DNA of 64,000 bases, filler included, from an uncultured bacterium (GCA_964637655.1; 11 parts of 11 records of this genome joined end to end with filler, not necessarily neighbours in it), one strand, 5' to 3'. Positions 1 through 10,248 are shown, numbered from the whole stretch's first letter. Numbers and translations: made by a program. The notes: generated by a model not told the origin, from the letters alone.

Positions 1-887
1 GCGGCGCACGCGGCAGTGAGCGCCGCGGCCCGCGCGTGCTGCTCCGCCAGCAGGCGCTCGCGCGCGGCAAGGTCGGCCGCCGCCGCGGCCAGCCGCTGCT
101 GCAGGTCGCGCCCTTGCGCGGCCAGCGCGTCCGCGGTGCGGCGCGTGTCGTCCCGTTCCGCCGCGGCTGCGGCCAGCTGCTGCTGCAGGTCGCGCCCCTG
201 CGCGGCCAGCGCGTCCACGGCGGCGTGCGCACGGTCGAGCGGGGTCGGTGGCGGGTACTGCGGGTACCGCTGCACCCGGAAAATGAAGGTTTCCTGGTCG
301 AAGTAGCGGCAGGCCACGCCGCGGCGGAGCAGGTCGCTGATGAGCTGCCAGTCCCATTCGTAGCCGCAGTACGCGAGCCGGTCGTCCAGCAGCGTCCGGA
401 ACAGTCCGCGGCGGAACAGCACCTGCCCGAGGTCGATGTGCCCGAGCGCCGGCTGCGGGTGGTTGAGGATCTGCTCGTTGTTCCACAGGCAGGCGGACTA
501 GACGAACCCGAGCCCGGGCTCGCGCTCGAGGCAGTCGAGCAGCGCGTCGAAATGCTGCGGCAGCCAGGCATTGTCGTCATCGAGAAACGCGACGTAGTCG
601 CCGCGGGCCAGGGCGAGGCCGTGCGCGGCCGGGGTGATGCCGAAATCGTCCGCCCGCCGCGGCAGGTTGTGGAAGGTCACCCGCGGGTCGTCCTGTTCCT
701 GCACGAGGCGGGCGAGGCGGGCGGCGATGTCGTCGGGCGGGTGATCGGCCACGACGAGGTGTTCATAGTCGCGCACATGCAGGCGGCTGACCGCCGCGAG
801 GCAGAACTCCAGGCACGCCGCACGGTCGTAGACCGTGGTGATGATGCTCAGGCGCGGCGGGCGGCCCGGCGCCGGCAGTTCAGGCAT
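1..887 (-). pseudogene. GT2 glycosyltransferase with C-terminal coiled-coil repeat, interrupted by an in-frame TAG at 498-500; 3' end lies outside the window
   Basis: GT2 motifs SIITTVYDR and ARGDYVAFLDDD. The frame continues past TAG: FV*SACLWNNEQ...DLGQVLFRR...EWDWQLI, then DALAAQGRDLQQ(Q/R)LAAAAA twice. Confidence 0.75.
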
Positions 888-968
888 TGACCGTGTCCGT
901 ATGCATGCGCGCAGCATAGCCGCGGTCCGCGCGGGTGTCAACCGGCGGCGCCACCGGACGCCGCTGCC

Positions 969-2474
969 TCACGCGGGGCCGGCCGGCAGCAGGCCGCGCG
1001 CGCGACTGATGAAGTGCTGCCGGTCGAACCGGGACGCGGTGTGTCGCGCCGCTTCGCCCAGCCGGATGTTCGCTGCCGTGCTGTGGGCCGCCATGAGGGC
1101 GGCGGTCGTGCGTATCAGCTCTTCGGCGGTGCGGAAGGTGAAACCATCCACGCCGTCCGTGACGATTTCCTGCTGCCCGCCGCCGGCGATGACGACCGGG
1201 ATGCAACCGGCGCTCATCGCTTCGACCGTCGTGATGCCGAAATGCTCGAACCGTTCGGGATGCATGCGCTCGTTCTCCCCCCAGCCGGTGGCGTGCCAGA
1301 AGATGCTCGCGGCACGGTATTCCGCCGCCAGGCGGCCGGCGGGCAGGCTGGCGAGGACGCGCACCGGGTAACCGGCCGCGAGGCGCTGCACCGCGGCGAA
1401 GTAGGCGCGGTGTTCCGCGGTCTCGCGGTGCACGTTGCCGGCGAGGTGGTATTCCCAGCCCGCCGGGACGAGCCCGCGGTCGCACATCGCGCGAAACACG
1501 CGCAGCAGCTCGAGGTGCTTCTTGTTGTGCTGCGCGGCGAAAAAGCGCCCGACGCTCAGGATGACGCGCGCCTTGCCGCCGGCCGTCCCGCGCAACCGGG
1601 CGGTGTCTACCGGCGGCGGCAGGAGCAGCGCGTCGCGGCCCCACCGCCGCCGCACCCACGCCTGTGTGTAGGCGGAGATCGCCAGCAGGCAGTCGTAGTC
1701 CTGCAGGAAGTCGCGGTCGGACAGGGTGCGTGTGGCGTTGCGGCTCAGGCGGGCGAGCCGGTGGCGGCCGTGGCCCGCAGCGATGCAGAGCCCGGGCAGG
1801 CGGCCGCCACCTTCGGCCGGTGTCGTGTCCGGGGCGCAGCACACGTGGAGCTCGACCGGGGCGCGGGGGACGCGATCGACCGTCACCTGCAGGCGGTCAG
1901 GGGTAGCCGACCACGCGACGACCGGGCCATGTACCGCCGTGATGGTCGACGGCACGGGTCCGGGCCGCAGGTGGATGGCGGCGGTGCCGCCGCGGAAGGC
2001 GCGCGGCGTGAGGTGCAGCCAGACGTCGGGCCCCGTCGGATAATTGCCGTCCCCGTCCGGGTTGTCGTGGCCGCCGACGAAGCGGAGCCGCCAGGGGGCG
2101 AGCGCGCGCAGGGCGGTGTGCGCCAGCCGCCGCAGCATGGCCTGCGGGCGGGAGACCACCCGCTGCGGGAAAAAGACGACGTAGGCCGAGCGGCGGGCCT
2201 CGGAACGCAGCGATGAACCGAAGGTGGCGTTGATGAACAGGTCGTACGGACGGGTGTACGGGGTCAGGCGCGCACAGGGGAGCGCCGGCCAGCGGACGTA
2301 GCGGACGCGGTCGAGCGTGAGCCCGAGCCGCGGCCCGAGGTCGGCTGGATCCTGGCGGTCGATGCCGATGAGTTCGACGTCGGCGGCGTCCTGCAGGGCC
2401 GCGGCGAGGGCCGCGGCGTAGCGCTCGCCGCCGCCGTAGGTGCTCCAGTAGCGGTTGTAGATGCCGACACGCAT
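969..2474 (-). CDS. GT4 (GT-B) glycosyltransferase
   Basis: MRVGIYNRYWSTYGGGERY N-terminus; ILSVGRFF..HNKKH; EHFGITTVEAMSAGC motif. Confidence 0.9.
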   Translation of the reverse strand: MRVGIYNRYWSTYGGGERYAAALAAALQDAADVELIGIDRQDPADLGPRLGLTLDRVRYVRWPALPCARLTPYTRPYDLFINATFGSSLRSEARRSAYVVFFPQRVVSRPQAMLRRLAHTALRALAPWRLRFVGGHDNPDGDGNYPTGPDVWLHLTPRAFRGGTAAIHLRPGPVPSTITAVHGPVVAWSATPDRLQVTVDRVPRAPVELHVCCAPDTTPAEGGGRLPGLCIAAGHGRHRLARLSRNATRTLSDRDFLQDYDCLLAISAYTQAWVRRRWGRDALLLPPPVDTARLRGTAGGKARVILSVGRFFAAQHNKKHLELLRVFRAMCDRGLVPAGWEYHLAGNVHRETAEHRAYFAAVQRLAAGYPVRVLASLPAGRLAAEYRAASIFWHATGWGENERMHPERFEHFGITTVEAMSAGCIPVVIAGGGQQEIVTDGVDGFTFRTAEELIRTTAALMAAHSTAANIRLGEAARHTASRFDRQHFISRARGLLPAGPA

Positions 2475-2479
2475 GGCAT

Positions 2480-3793
2480 TCACCGGACCCGCCGCCGGGC
2501 AATGGCGGCCGGCGCATGACACAGGGCGCTCCCCAGCACGTGCAGGCGGAGCAGGACACCGGCCCGTGTTTCCCGGTCGCGCCGCCATGCCCGCAGGATG
2601 CCGGCCACGCCGCGCAGTTCGTTGTACCAGGCTCGCGCCACGCAGCGCCAGGGCGCGTTTTTCAGCAGCAGCAGCAGGCGGTTGCGGGCAACGTGAAAAC
2701 GGAACAGCGGCGAACCCTCGCAACTGGTGCCGGCGTGCACGTGGCGGATGACGCTTGCCGGCTGATAGCGCAGCCGGTACCCGGCCCGCCTCAGCCGCCA
2801 CGACAGGTCGGTATCCTCGTAGTACATGAAGAAGGACGGGTCGAAACCGCCCGCGCGCGCGAACGCGCTGCGCCGTGCCAGCAGCGCGCAGCCGCACAGG
2901 GCGGTGACGTCCTCGGCCCGGTCATACTGCCCTTCGTCGGCTTCGCCGAAGCCGCGGTCGCTTGCCGTGCCCTGCGCATCCAGCACGGTGCCCGCATTGT
3001 TGATCACGTAGCGCCCGTGCCGCGCCACATCGGCAGCCAGGAGGATGAAACGATGTGTCGTGAACTCCCCGCTGAGCTGCGCGGTGCCGATAGTCTGCCC
3101 GGCAAACTCGACATGGCAGGCTACGCCGGCACATTCCGCGCTGCCGCCCGCTTTGAGGACCAGAGTCCGGTCCCCCGGCCCCGGCTCGAACGGGAGCAGC
3201 AGTTCGGCGGTGGCCCCGCTCCAGTGCCATGCCTGTCCGCCCTGCTGTTCCCGGGCATGAAACCCGGCGGCAAAGAACGGCTTGTGATAGGTGCAACCGT
3301 CGACATGTGTTTCCGTGCTGACCCGCAGGCCCAGTTCACGCCCGTCGTTGACCGTCCGGAAAACGGGCGCGCGCAGGGTCAGCCGCACATAGGGCTTGAG
3401 GAAGGTGATCTTGGGACCGGCCATTGCGACCGCAGGATCGCGCTCGAGTTCATCCACCAGCGGCTGCAGCCAGCCGGGTTCGACTGCCGTGTCGTTGTTG
3501 AGTAGCATCAGGTAGGCGCCGCGGGCTGCGGCAATGCCGAGATGGTTGCCGCCGGCGAACCCGAGGTTGCGCGGTGCGCGGACAAGGTGCACCGCCGGGG
3601 CGAGGGCTGCCAGGTAGGCGGCCGATCCGTCGGTCGAAGCATTGTCGACGACGATGATTTCCCGGTGCGGGTAGTCCGGCGCCAGCAGTGCCGGCAGCAG
3701 CGTGCGCAGGTGGTGCGCACCGTTATGCGTGACGATGACAATGCTGACGAGCGGCAGGGACGGGGCACCGGCATGGGTCGTTGCTGTGGCCAT
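2480..3793 (-). CDS. GT2 glycosyltransferase (rhamnosyltransferase-like) with an internal beta-rich insert
   Basis: VSIVIVTHNG, VVDNASTDGS, NLGFAGGN, LLNND, GGFDPSFFMYYEDTDL. Confidence 0.9.
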   Translation of the reverse strand: MATATTHAGAPSLPLVSIVIVTHNGAHHLRTLLPALLAPDYPHREIIVVDNASTDGSAAYLAALAPAVHLVRAPRNLGFAGGNHLGIAAARGAYLMLLNNDTAVEPGWLQPLVDELERDPAVAMAGPKITFLKPYVRLTLRAPVFRTVNDGRELGLRVSTETHVDGCTYHKPFFAAGFHAREQQGGQAWHWSGATAELLLPFEPGPGDRTLVLKAGGSAECAGVACHVEFAGQTIGTAQLSGEFTTHRFILLAADVARHGRYVINNAGTVLDAQGTASDRGFGEADEGQYDRAEDVTALCGCALLARRSAFARAGGFDPSFFMYYEDTDLSWRLRRAGYRLRYQPASVIRHVHAGTSCEGSPLFRFHVARNRLLLLLKNAPWRCVARAWYNELRGVAGILRAWRRDRETRAGVLLRLHVLGSALCHAPAAIARRRVR

Positions 3794-3974
3794 CAGTATC
3801 TCCGCCGGCGGCGGCCGCCCCGGATTTCCCGGTGCGAAAGCGCGCCGCCGCCCCAGAACGCACTATACCACTGCGGCGCGCGCAGCGTCAACCGTCCGGT
3901 TGCGGTGCCACGACGGAAAACGTAGGATATGCGACGGAGGCAAGAACCATGACGGCAGGATGCCGGCGGCGCGC

Positions 3975-6036
3975 ATGAACGCGACGCTGTTGTATATCTG
4001 CGCAGCCTACCCGCAGCGGTCGGAGACCTTTGTCGCCCGCGAAGTCGCCGGATTGCGCCGGCATGTGCCGGTACGCGTGCTGGCGCTGCGCGACGGTGAT
4101 GGCGGTGCGCCGGAGCCGCTGCCACGCGGGCGCGACTGGTCCGTCGCGCGGCGGCTGCTGCCGCAGCTGCTGCGCGGGTGCCGCGACGGGCGGCAGCGAC
4201 TGCAGGTGCTGCACACGCTGCCGCGCCTCGCCGCCGGACTGGCGCTGCCGCGCGGCAGCATTACGCGCGTGCATGCGCACTTTGCCACGGTCCCCGCCCT
4301 GGTCGGCATGTACCTTGCCCGCCACCTCGGGGTGCCGTTCAGTTTTACCGCGCATGCCTACGACCTCTTCACCGTTCGCTCACTCTTCGCCGTAGTGGCG
4401 CCCGCCGCCGATGTCATTATCGTGCCGGCTGACTATCATCGCCATTGGATAGCGGAACGGTATGACGCCGCGACGGTGGCAAAGGTGCGCGTGGTGCGCT
4501 GCGGCGTGCCCGGACACTGGTTGCGCTATCCCGCCGGCGACGGGCGGCAGCCGGTTCGCATCGTCGCTGCCGGCCGGCTGGTGCGCAAGAAGGGGTTCGA
4601 CGTGCTGCTGCGCGCGCTGCAACGGCTGGAAAACCCCGACTGGCGCCTTGTTGGCGCCGGGCCGGAAGCGGTGGCACTGTATGCGCTGGCCGGGTTTGAC
4701 CCGCAGCGGGGCGCGCGCCTGCTGCCGTGGCAGGAGGAGGGCCGGCTGCGGCAGCTGCTGCAGCGCGGCATCGCGGTCTTTCCCTGCCGGACGGATGCTG
4801 ACGGGGACTGCGACGGGCTTCCCGTCACGCTGCTCGAGGCGATGGCGCTCGGCTGCCCGGTGGTGGCCACTCCCGTCGCGGGCATCCCCGAGGCAATAAC
4901 CGACGGGGAGAACGGGCTGCTGGTGCCGGAAAACGATGACGCGGCGCTGGCGGACGCGCTGCGCCGGCTGCTGGCCGACGGGGCGCTGGGTGCGCGGCTG
5001 GGTGCGGCGGCGCGCGAGACGGTGCGGCGGAAATTCCTGCAGAGCCACAGCACGCGACAGTTGCTGGCGTTGTTCGGCAACGGGTCCGACCCCTCACCTG
5101 CCGCTGTGCGGCTTCCTCTCCCGAGGGGAGCGGAAAATGAGACGCGACCGCGGCGTCTGCTGCGGGTTATCAACAATCTCGAAACGGGCGGAGCGCAGCG
5201 CCTGCTCCTGCAGTGGGCGCGACAGCACGACCGGCGACGGTACGCTACGGTGGTGGCCGCGTTCAGTGGCGGTCCGCTGGCGGCGGAACTCGCCGCGCTC
5301 GGCGTGCCGGTGCATATCGTGCCGCGGTACGGGAAATACGATGCTACGCTGGTGCCGCGGCTCGCGCAGCTCATGCGCGACGAGCGCATCGACTTCGTGC
5401 ATGCGCAGCTCTTCGCGGCGAAACTCTGGGCGCGACTCGCGGCCCGGCGCTGTGGCATCCCCTGCGCGGTAAGCGACTACGCCATCCACCCGCGCACGAC
5501 GCGCTTCCCCTACCCGCAGCTTGAGCGGCTGCTCGCGCCGCGCACCGCGGGATGGGCGGTCGACCATCCCGCCCTGGCGGAGTACCTCATCGCGCAGCAT
5601 GGCGCGGCGCCCGAACGGATTACGCTGACCCCGTCGGGAGTGGAGATGGAACGATTGCAGGCAGTGCGCGGGAGGGAGGCGGCGCGCGCGGCTGCGGGGA
5701 TTCCCGACCGTGCGTACGTGGCGCTCGGGCTCGGACGGCTCACGGAGCAGAAAAACTGGCGCGCCTTCCTGACGCTGTTCGCCGCGGCGGCGGGGCCGGC
5801 GCAGACGGAACTGGCGGCGCAGGCGCGCATCGTGCTCATCGGCGACGGCCCGCAGCGCACGGAACTGGAAATGCTGGTGCGGCAGGCGGGCATCGACGGC
5901 CTCGTGCAGTTCGCCGGCGAACTGCAGCATGTCGGCGACTGGCTGGCGGCCGCGGACGTACTGCTCATTCCCTCGCGCTGGGAGGGGATGCCGGTGGCGG
6001 CGCTCGTGGCGGCGGCCGTCGGGCTCTCCGTGCTGG
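3975..6036 (+). CDS. Double GT4 glycosyltransferase (two GT-B modules fused), truncated by contig end
   Basis: Module 1: YPQRSETFVARE, HAHFA, DGLPVTLLEAMA. Module 2: RVINNLETGGAQR, PSRWEGMP. One continuous frame. Confidence 0.85.
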
Positions 6037-6136
6037 NNNNNNNNNNNNNNNNNNNNNNNNNNNNNNNNNNNNNNNNNNNNTTAATTAATTAANNNNNNNN
6101 NNNNNNNNNNNNNNNNNNNNNNNNNNNNNNNNNNNN
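6037..6136. other. Artificial contig linker (N-run/TTAATTAATTAA/N-run); others at 11986-12085, 17922-18021, 23851-23950, 29779-29878, 35706-35805, 41628-41727, 47520-47619, 53383-53482, 59237-59336
   Basis: Identical 100-bp spacers with an all-frame stop core; genes are truncated on both sides. Confidence 0.98.
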
Positions 6137-6627
6137 AGCAGGAGCAGCTGGGCCCCGGTCAGCTCATAGGCGAAATACGTGAACCAGTGCGCAGCCGCCG
6201 CAGCGCCGAAGGTCAGGAGCAGCACCGCCCAGTAATACCGGGCCGGCGGTGCCCGCCAGTGCAGGCGCAGCCGGTGCATGACCCACAGCATGATCAGGTA
6301 TGCCGCCACGTTATGGCAGGCGGTCAGCGGCCGGGCGACCTTCAGCAGCAGCGCCACCGGCAGCGCCGGCAGGGCGCCACGGAACGAGTAGGCCCGCCCG
6401 GTCGAGCGGCTTACCGGCAGCGGCCAGTACGGGTAGGCAGCATAATAGAGTGCGGCATTTTCCTCGCTGAGATAGAGTGAACCATCAGTCAGCAGGTTGC
6501 GCGCAGTCACCAGCGTGTGCAGTTCGTCCACGGTGATGACATCATAGCCGAAATGGCGCCAGCCCGTCAGGACAAACAGCAGCAGCAGCACGGCATGGAA
6601 CAGGCCGAAAAAGACGCGGTGGCTCAC
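6137..6627 (-). CDS. Polytopic membrane protein, GT-C-like, 3' truncated; paralogue of 33748-34950
   Basis: GTG start overlaps the upstream TGA. A TM helix precedes DE-containing ITVDELH...NLLTDGSLYLS, followed by more TM segments. Confidence 0.65.
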
Positions 6628-6950
6628 GGGACTGCGGTTTGCGGGGTACCGGTGCCGTCGGCCTCGGCGAGCCAGCAGGCCACCGCTGCCGCCTGCGGCA
6701 GGTACCGGTTGCGCTGCAGGAACGCAGCTGCCTGCACGCGCACCGCCTGCGGTTCGACCGGTGACGGATTGTGCCGCAATTCCCGCAGGGCATGATACTC
6801 GCGCATCACCGGGCGGTAGATGATGCCGGTCAGGCCGGCCAGGAGCAGCATGGATGCCAAAACCATACCACACCAGCCCTGCACCCGGCGGGCAGGCCAG
6901 CTGTCGCCGGCAGGCAGTTTTTCGCGGTCCGTTGCCTCGTTGCCAATCAT
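6624..6950 (-). CDS. Small membrane-anchored hypothetical protein (YRPxxREY / RNxxLPxA); paralogue of 34947-35318
   Basis: Single TM segment and motifs shared with the contig-6 paralogue. Start codon uncertain. Confidence 0.65.
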   Translation of the reverse strand: MIGNEATDREKLPAGDSWPARRVQGWCGMVLASMLLLAGLTGIIYRPVMREYHALRELRHNPSPVEPQAVRVQAAAFLQRNRYLPQAAAVACWLAEADGTGTPQTAVP

Positions 6951-7090
6951 GCAGCGGTACTCTACCTGCTGTTGCTGTCCGCGTCAATACCTCCTGCGGC
7001 TGCCGTTCTGCCGCCACGATCGCGCCAGCCCTGCAACTATTCGTCAGGCACTGCTGTCCCATGGATATATCCTGTATGCTGGAGGCTGAC

Positions 7091-7984
7091 ATGAAACATA
7101 CGGTAACCGCGGTGCTGCTGGGGATACTGCTGTATGCCGCCTGGCTCCCCGCGGCCATGGGCGCGACTGTGCCGGACAACAGCACCCTGGGACTCGAGGT
7201 GCTCAGTGTCGACCGCGACGGGCGCGTTGTGCTTGCCTGCGCGTACCCCAACACCGCCGTGCCGGAGGCGCAATTGTCCGTCACGGTCAATGGCAGCGAT
7301 TGGCGCTACACGGAAGCGGGTTCCGGGTCGGGTGACGGCAAGCGCTACCGCACGCTGGAGCTCATTCCGGGGTCCCCGGGCGCCAAGGAGATTGTCGTCA
7401 CGGCCACGGCGGGGAGCAGCGTCTGGCGCGGTAAGACCAGCATCATCTACGCTCCCGCACCACTCATGGCGCCCGCCTGGGTGGATGGCGAACTGTTCAC
7501 CGACACGCCGGAACTGACCGTCCGCATGCGCTTCATCAGCGGTTTTACCGCGACGGTTGACGGGCGCCCCGTCGGCATCTCCTGGCTCAAGGCGATCTTC
7601 GCCGAGGGGATGGAACAGGTCGCGTGGCTCGAAGCGACACTCGACGCCGGGCTCAACACCTTCGCCCTGCAGGGGCGCGACTACAATCATATCGCCCGGA
7701 ACGCGCTTCCCAATCTGTATTTCGCTCCGGGGGGCATCATCACCAGCGCGGACAATTTTTCCATCGTCTACGGGGAGTCGGGTTCGCGTTCCGGGCCGTT
7801 CTATCAGTACCGCCTCGAAGGCGATGCCCTCACCCTCGTCGGCGATGGCGAGACGCCTGACGGGCGTCTCTTTGTCATGCTGCGCGGGGAGCGCCCCGGC
7901 ACCGCCACGCTGCACATCAGCAGACAGGAACACTTCCGCGGCGAGTATGTCCCCCTGCGCAGCCTCACCCTCACCGTCCGCTGA
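7091..7984 (+). CDS. Secreted beta-rich hypothetical protein
   Basis: GGAGG RBS; signal peptide MKHTVTAVLLGILLYAAWLPAAMG; Ig-like composition. Confidence 0.8.
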   Translation: MKHTVTAVLLGILLYAAWLPAAMGATVPDNSTLGLEVLSVDRDGRVVLACAYPNTAVPEAQLSVTVNGSDWRYTEAGSGSGDGKRYRTLELIPGSPGAKEIVVTATAGSSVWRGKTSIIYAPAPLMAPAWVDGELFTDTPELTVRMRFISGFTATVDGRPVGISWLKAIFAEGMEQVAWLEATLDAGLNTFALQGRDYNHIARNALPNLYFAPGGIITSADNFSIVYGESGSRSGPFYQYRLEGDALTLVGDGETPDGRLFVMLRGERPGTATLHISRQEHFRGEYVPLRSLTLTVR

Positions 7985-8017
7985 CCGCCAGTAACGGGGT
8001 CCCCGAGAACCAGCAGG

Positions 8018-8230
8018 GGGCCATACTGACACATTGACACATTCGCGCAGCGCAGAGCACGCTCCGGCAGTCCCGGCACGGGACCTATGCTATAGTCGGG
8101 GGCAAAGGAGTGTGCCATGCGGGGAGAGGGCCATACTGACACATTGACACATTCGCGCAGTGCAGAGCACGCTCCGGTAGTCCCGGCACGGGACCTATGC
8201 TATAGTCGGGGCAAAGGAGTGTGCCATGCG
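8018..8230 (+). repeat. Tandem duplication with 110-bp period covering promoter-like sequence, RBS and ATG
   Basis: 8018-8121 and 8128-8230 differ by two substitutions and one G indel. Confidence 0.95.
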
Positions 8231-8438
8231 TGTACTTACGGTCTGCCTGTTGCTCTGCCTTACTGCCGCCCCGGCCCATGCCTACATCGACCTGGGCACC
8301 GGCAGCTACGTGCTGCAGATGCTCGCCGCCTTCTGCCTCGGTTTTCTCTTCGCCCTGAAACTCTACTGGAAGCGTTTCACCGCCTTTGTCGGCCGCTGTT
8401 TCGGCCGCAAGCCGCCTGACGATGACCCCGCGGCTTGA
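8226..8438 (+). CDS. Small membrane protein with AYID(L/P)GTGS motif
   Basis: AAAGGAG RBS; AHAYIDLGTGSYVLQML plus TM segment; overlaps the following methyltransferase gene. Confidence 0.8.
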   Translation: MRVLTVCLLLCLTAAPAHAYIDLGTGSYVLQMLAAFCLGFLFALKLYWKRFTAFVGRCFGRKPPDDDPAA

Positions 8439-9783
8439 CGCGTCGTTCCGCGACCCGCACGGTTTTCTTTTCACCCGCGACGGCGTCCTGTGCCGCCAGA
8501 TCAATCAGGCCGGGCGCGCTGATTTCGCACAGTTCATCACCTCCGGGCTCTACGACCGTTTAGTGCGCGATGGGCTGCTCGTTGCCCACGCTCCTGATGT
8601 CGGGCCGCCGCTGACCGCGGAGGGATGGCAGGTCATCCGCCCGGAAACACTCCCCTTCGTCTCCTACCCGTATGAATGGTGTTTCGGTCAGCTGCAGGCG
8701 GCAGCGCTGCTCACACTGCGCCTCGCCATGCTCGGTCTCGACCACGGCATGCTGTTGCGTGACGCCAGCGCCTACAACATTCTCTTCCGCGGCTGCACGC
8801 CCGTCTTCATCGATACCCTCTCGTTTGCCCGCCATGCGGAGGGTGAACCGTGGCCTGCCTACGGACAGTTCTGCCGCCATTTTCTCGCCCCGCTGGCGCT
8901 CATGGCCTACCGCGACCCGCGCGCCATCCTTCTTCTGCGCGAGTTCATCGACGGGGTGCCGCTCGAGTATGCCGCTCCGCTCCTGCCGCTGCGTGCGCGC
9001 CTGCGCCCGTCGCTCAACCTGCATCTGGTGCAGCATGCGCGCAGTCAGCAGCGCCATGCCGACGACCGCAGCCGCCCGCGCGGCCGCATCAGCACCTTCC
9101 AGCTGCGCGCGCTGCTCGACAACCTGCAGTCAGTCATCAGCCGCCTGCACTGGCAGCCGCGCGGCACCGAGTGGGCGGAGTATTACACAGACACCAACTA
9201 TACCCCGGCGGCACAGCAGGCCAAGGAAGCCACCATCAGCGCCTGGCTCGAGCGCCTGCGCCCCGGCAGCGCGTGGGACCTCGGGGCCAACGACGGGCGC
9301 TACAGCCGCCTCGCGGCGCAGCGCGGTGCCTTCACCGTTGCCGCTGATGTTGACCCGGCCGCCGTGGAAAAGAATTTCCGGCAGGGCGTTGCCGCCGGCG
9401 AAACGAACCTCCACCCGCTGCTGCTCGATTTGAGCAACCCGTCGCCGGCGCTCGGCTGGGCGCACAGTGAGCGGCAGTCGCTGCTGCAGCGCGGCCCGGC
9501 TGACTGCGTGCTCGCCCTCGCGCTGATACACCACCTCTGCCTGGGCAACAACCTGCCGCTCAGCCGCGTGGCGGAGTTCTTCGCCGCAGCCGGCAGCAAT
9601 CTCATCATCGAGTTCGTGCCGAAAGCCGACAGCCAGGCGCAGCGCCTGCTCGGCACCCGCGGCGACATTTTTCCGGACTACACGGAGGAGCAGTTCCGCG
9701 CGGCCTTCGCCGCGCATTTCACGCGGCAGGAACGTCAGGAACTGCCGGACAGCAGCCGCACCCTCTGGTGCTGGCAGCGCTGA
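8422..9783 (+). CDS. SAM-dependent methyltransferase, NoeA-like
   Basis: SFRDPHG, ISYPYEW-like VSYPYEWCF, LRDASAYN, WDLGANDG, LALALIHHL, IIEFVPKAD. Confidence 0.85.
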   Translation: MTPRLDASFRDPHGFLFTRDGVLCRQINQAGRADFAQFITSGLYDRLVRDGLLVAHAPDVGPPLTAEGWQVIRPETLPFVSYPYEWCFGQLQAAALLTLRLAMLGLDHGMLLRDASAYNILFRGCTPVFIDTLSFARHAEGEPWPAYGQFCRHFLAPLALMAYRDPRAILLLREFIDGVPLEYAAPLLPLRARLRPSLNLHLVQHARSQQRHADDRSRPRGRISTFQLRALLDNLQSVISRLHWQPRGTEWAEYYTDTNYTPAAQQAKEATISAWLERLRPGSAWDLGANDGRYSRLAAQRGAFTVAADVDPAAVEKNFRQGVAAGETNLHPLLLDLSNPSPALGWAHSERQSLLQRGPADCVLALALIHHLCLGNNLPLSRVAEFFAAAGSNLIIEFVPKADSQAQRLLGTRGDIFPDYTEEQFRAAFAAHFTRQERQELPDSSRTLWCWQR

Positions 9784-9789
9784 GCGGCG

Positions 9790-10248
9790 TCAGGTGGCAG
9801 GCAGCGTGGGCGCGAGGTCCTCGCGCACGATGTAGCCGCGGCAGTTGGGCGTCCCGCAACGGCAGGGATGGTCGGAATAATCGTCGAGATTGAAACAGTA
9901 GTCGTAGGTCAGTTCTTCACCCGGCGCAATATCGCGCGCCGCATGCAGCCAGATGCGGTCGCCGTAGTGGACCGATTCGCAGTTCGGGGCGCAGGAATGG
10001 TTGATATTGCGCGCCGTGTTCCACCGCACGTTGCCGTTGATGTCACGCCGCCGGTCGAGATAAAAGAGATAGACACACCCCTCGGCCTCCCGCTCGCCGA
10101 TACGGTCCGCCTCGCGCTTGCTCACACGCGGTCCCGTGTACTTGATGATGCGCTTCCCCTGCGGGATAAAGGTCCTGGCATAGACACCCGTCCCGTGAAT
10201 GCGCGAGGTACGCACCTCGATGTCGGGTGAACTGGTCGGTCGCGGCAT
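9790..10248 (-). CDS. SET-domain protein-lysine methyltransferase with post-SET motif
   Basis: SRIHGTGVYA, INHSCAPNC, RDIAPGEELTYDY, CRCGTPNCRG. Confidence 0.93.
   Translation of the reverse strand: MPRPTSSPDIEVRTSRIHGTGVYARTFIPQGKRIIKYTGPRVSKREADRIGEREAEGCVYLFYLDRRRDINGNVRWNTARNINHSCAPNCESVHYGDRIWLHAARDIAPGEELTYDYCFNLDDYSDHPCRCGTPNCRGYIVREDLAPTLPAT

Noticed and set aside
6037..6136. Recurring TTAATTAATTAA motif and ORFs ending in X-runs
   Set aside because: These are artificial contig spacers; adjacency across them has no biological meaning.
9790..10248. SET-domain protein as a eukaryote-like novelty
   Set aside because: Stand-alone SET/post-SET proteins are common in bacteria.
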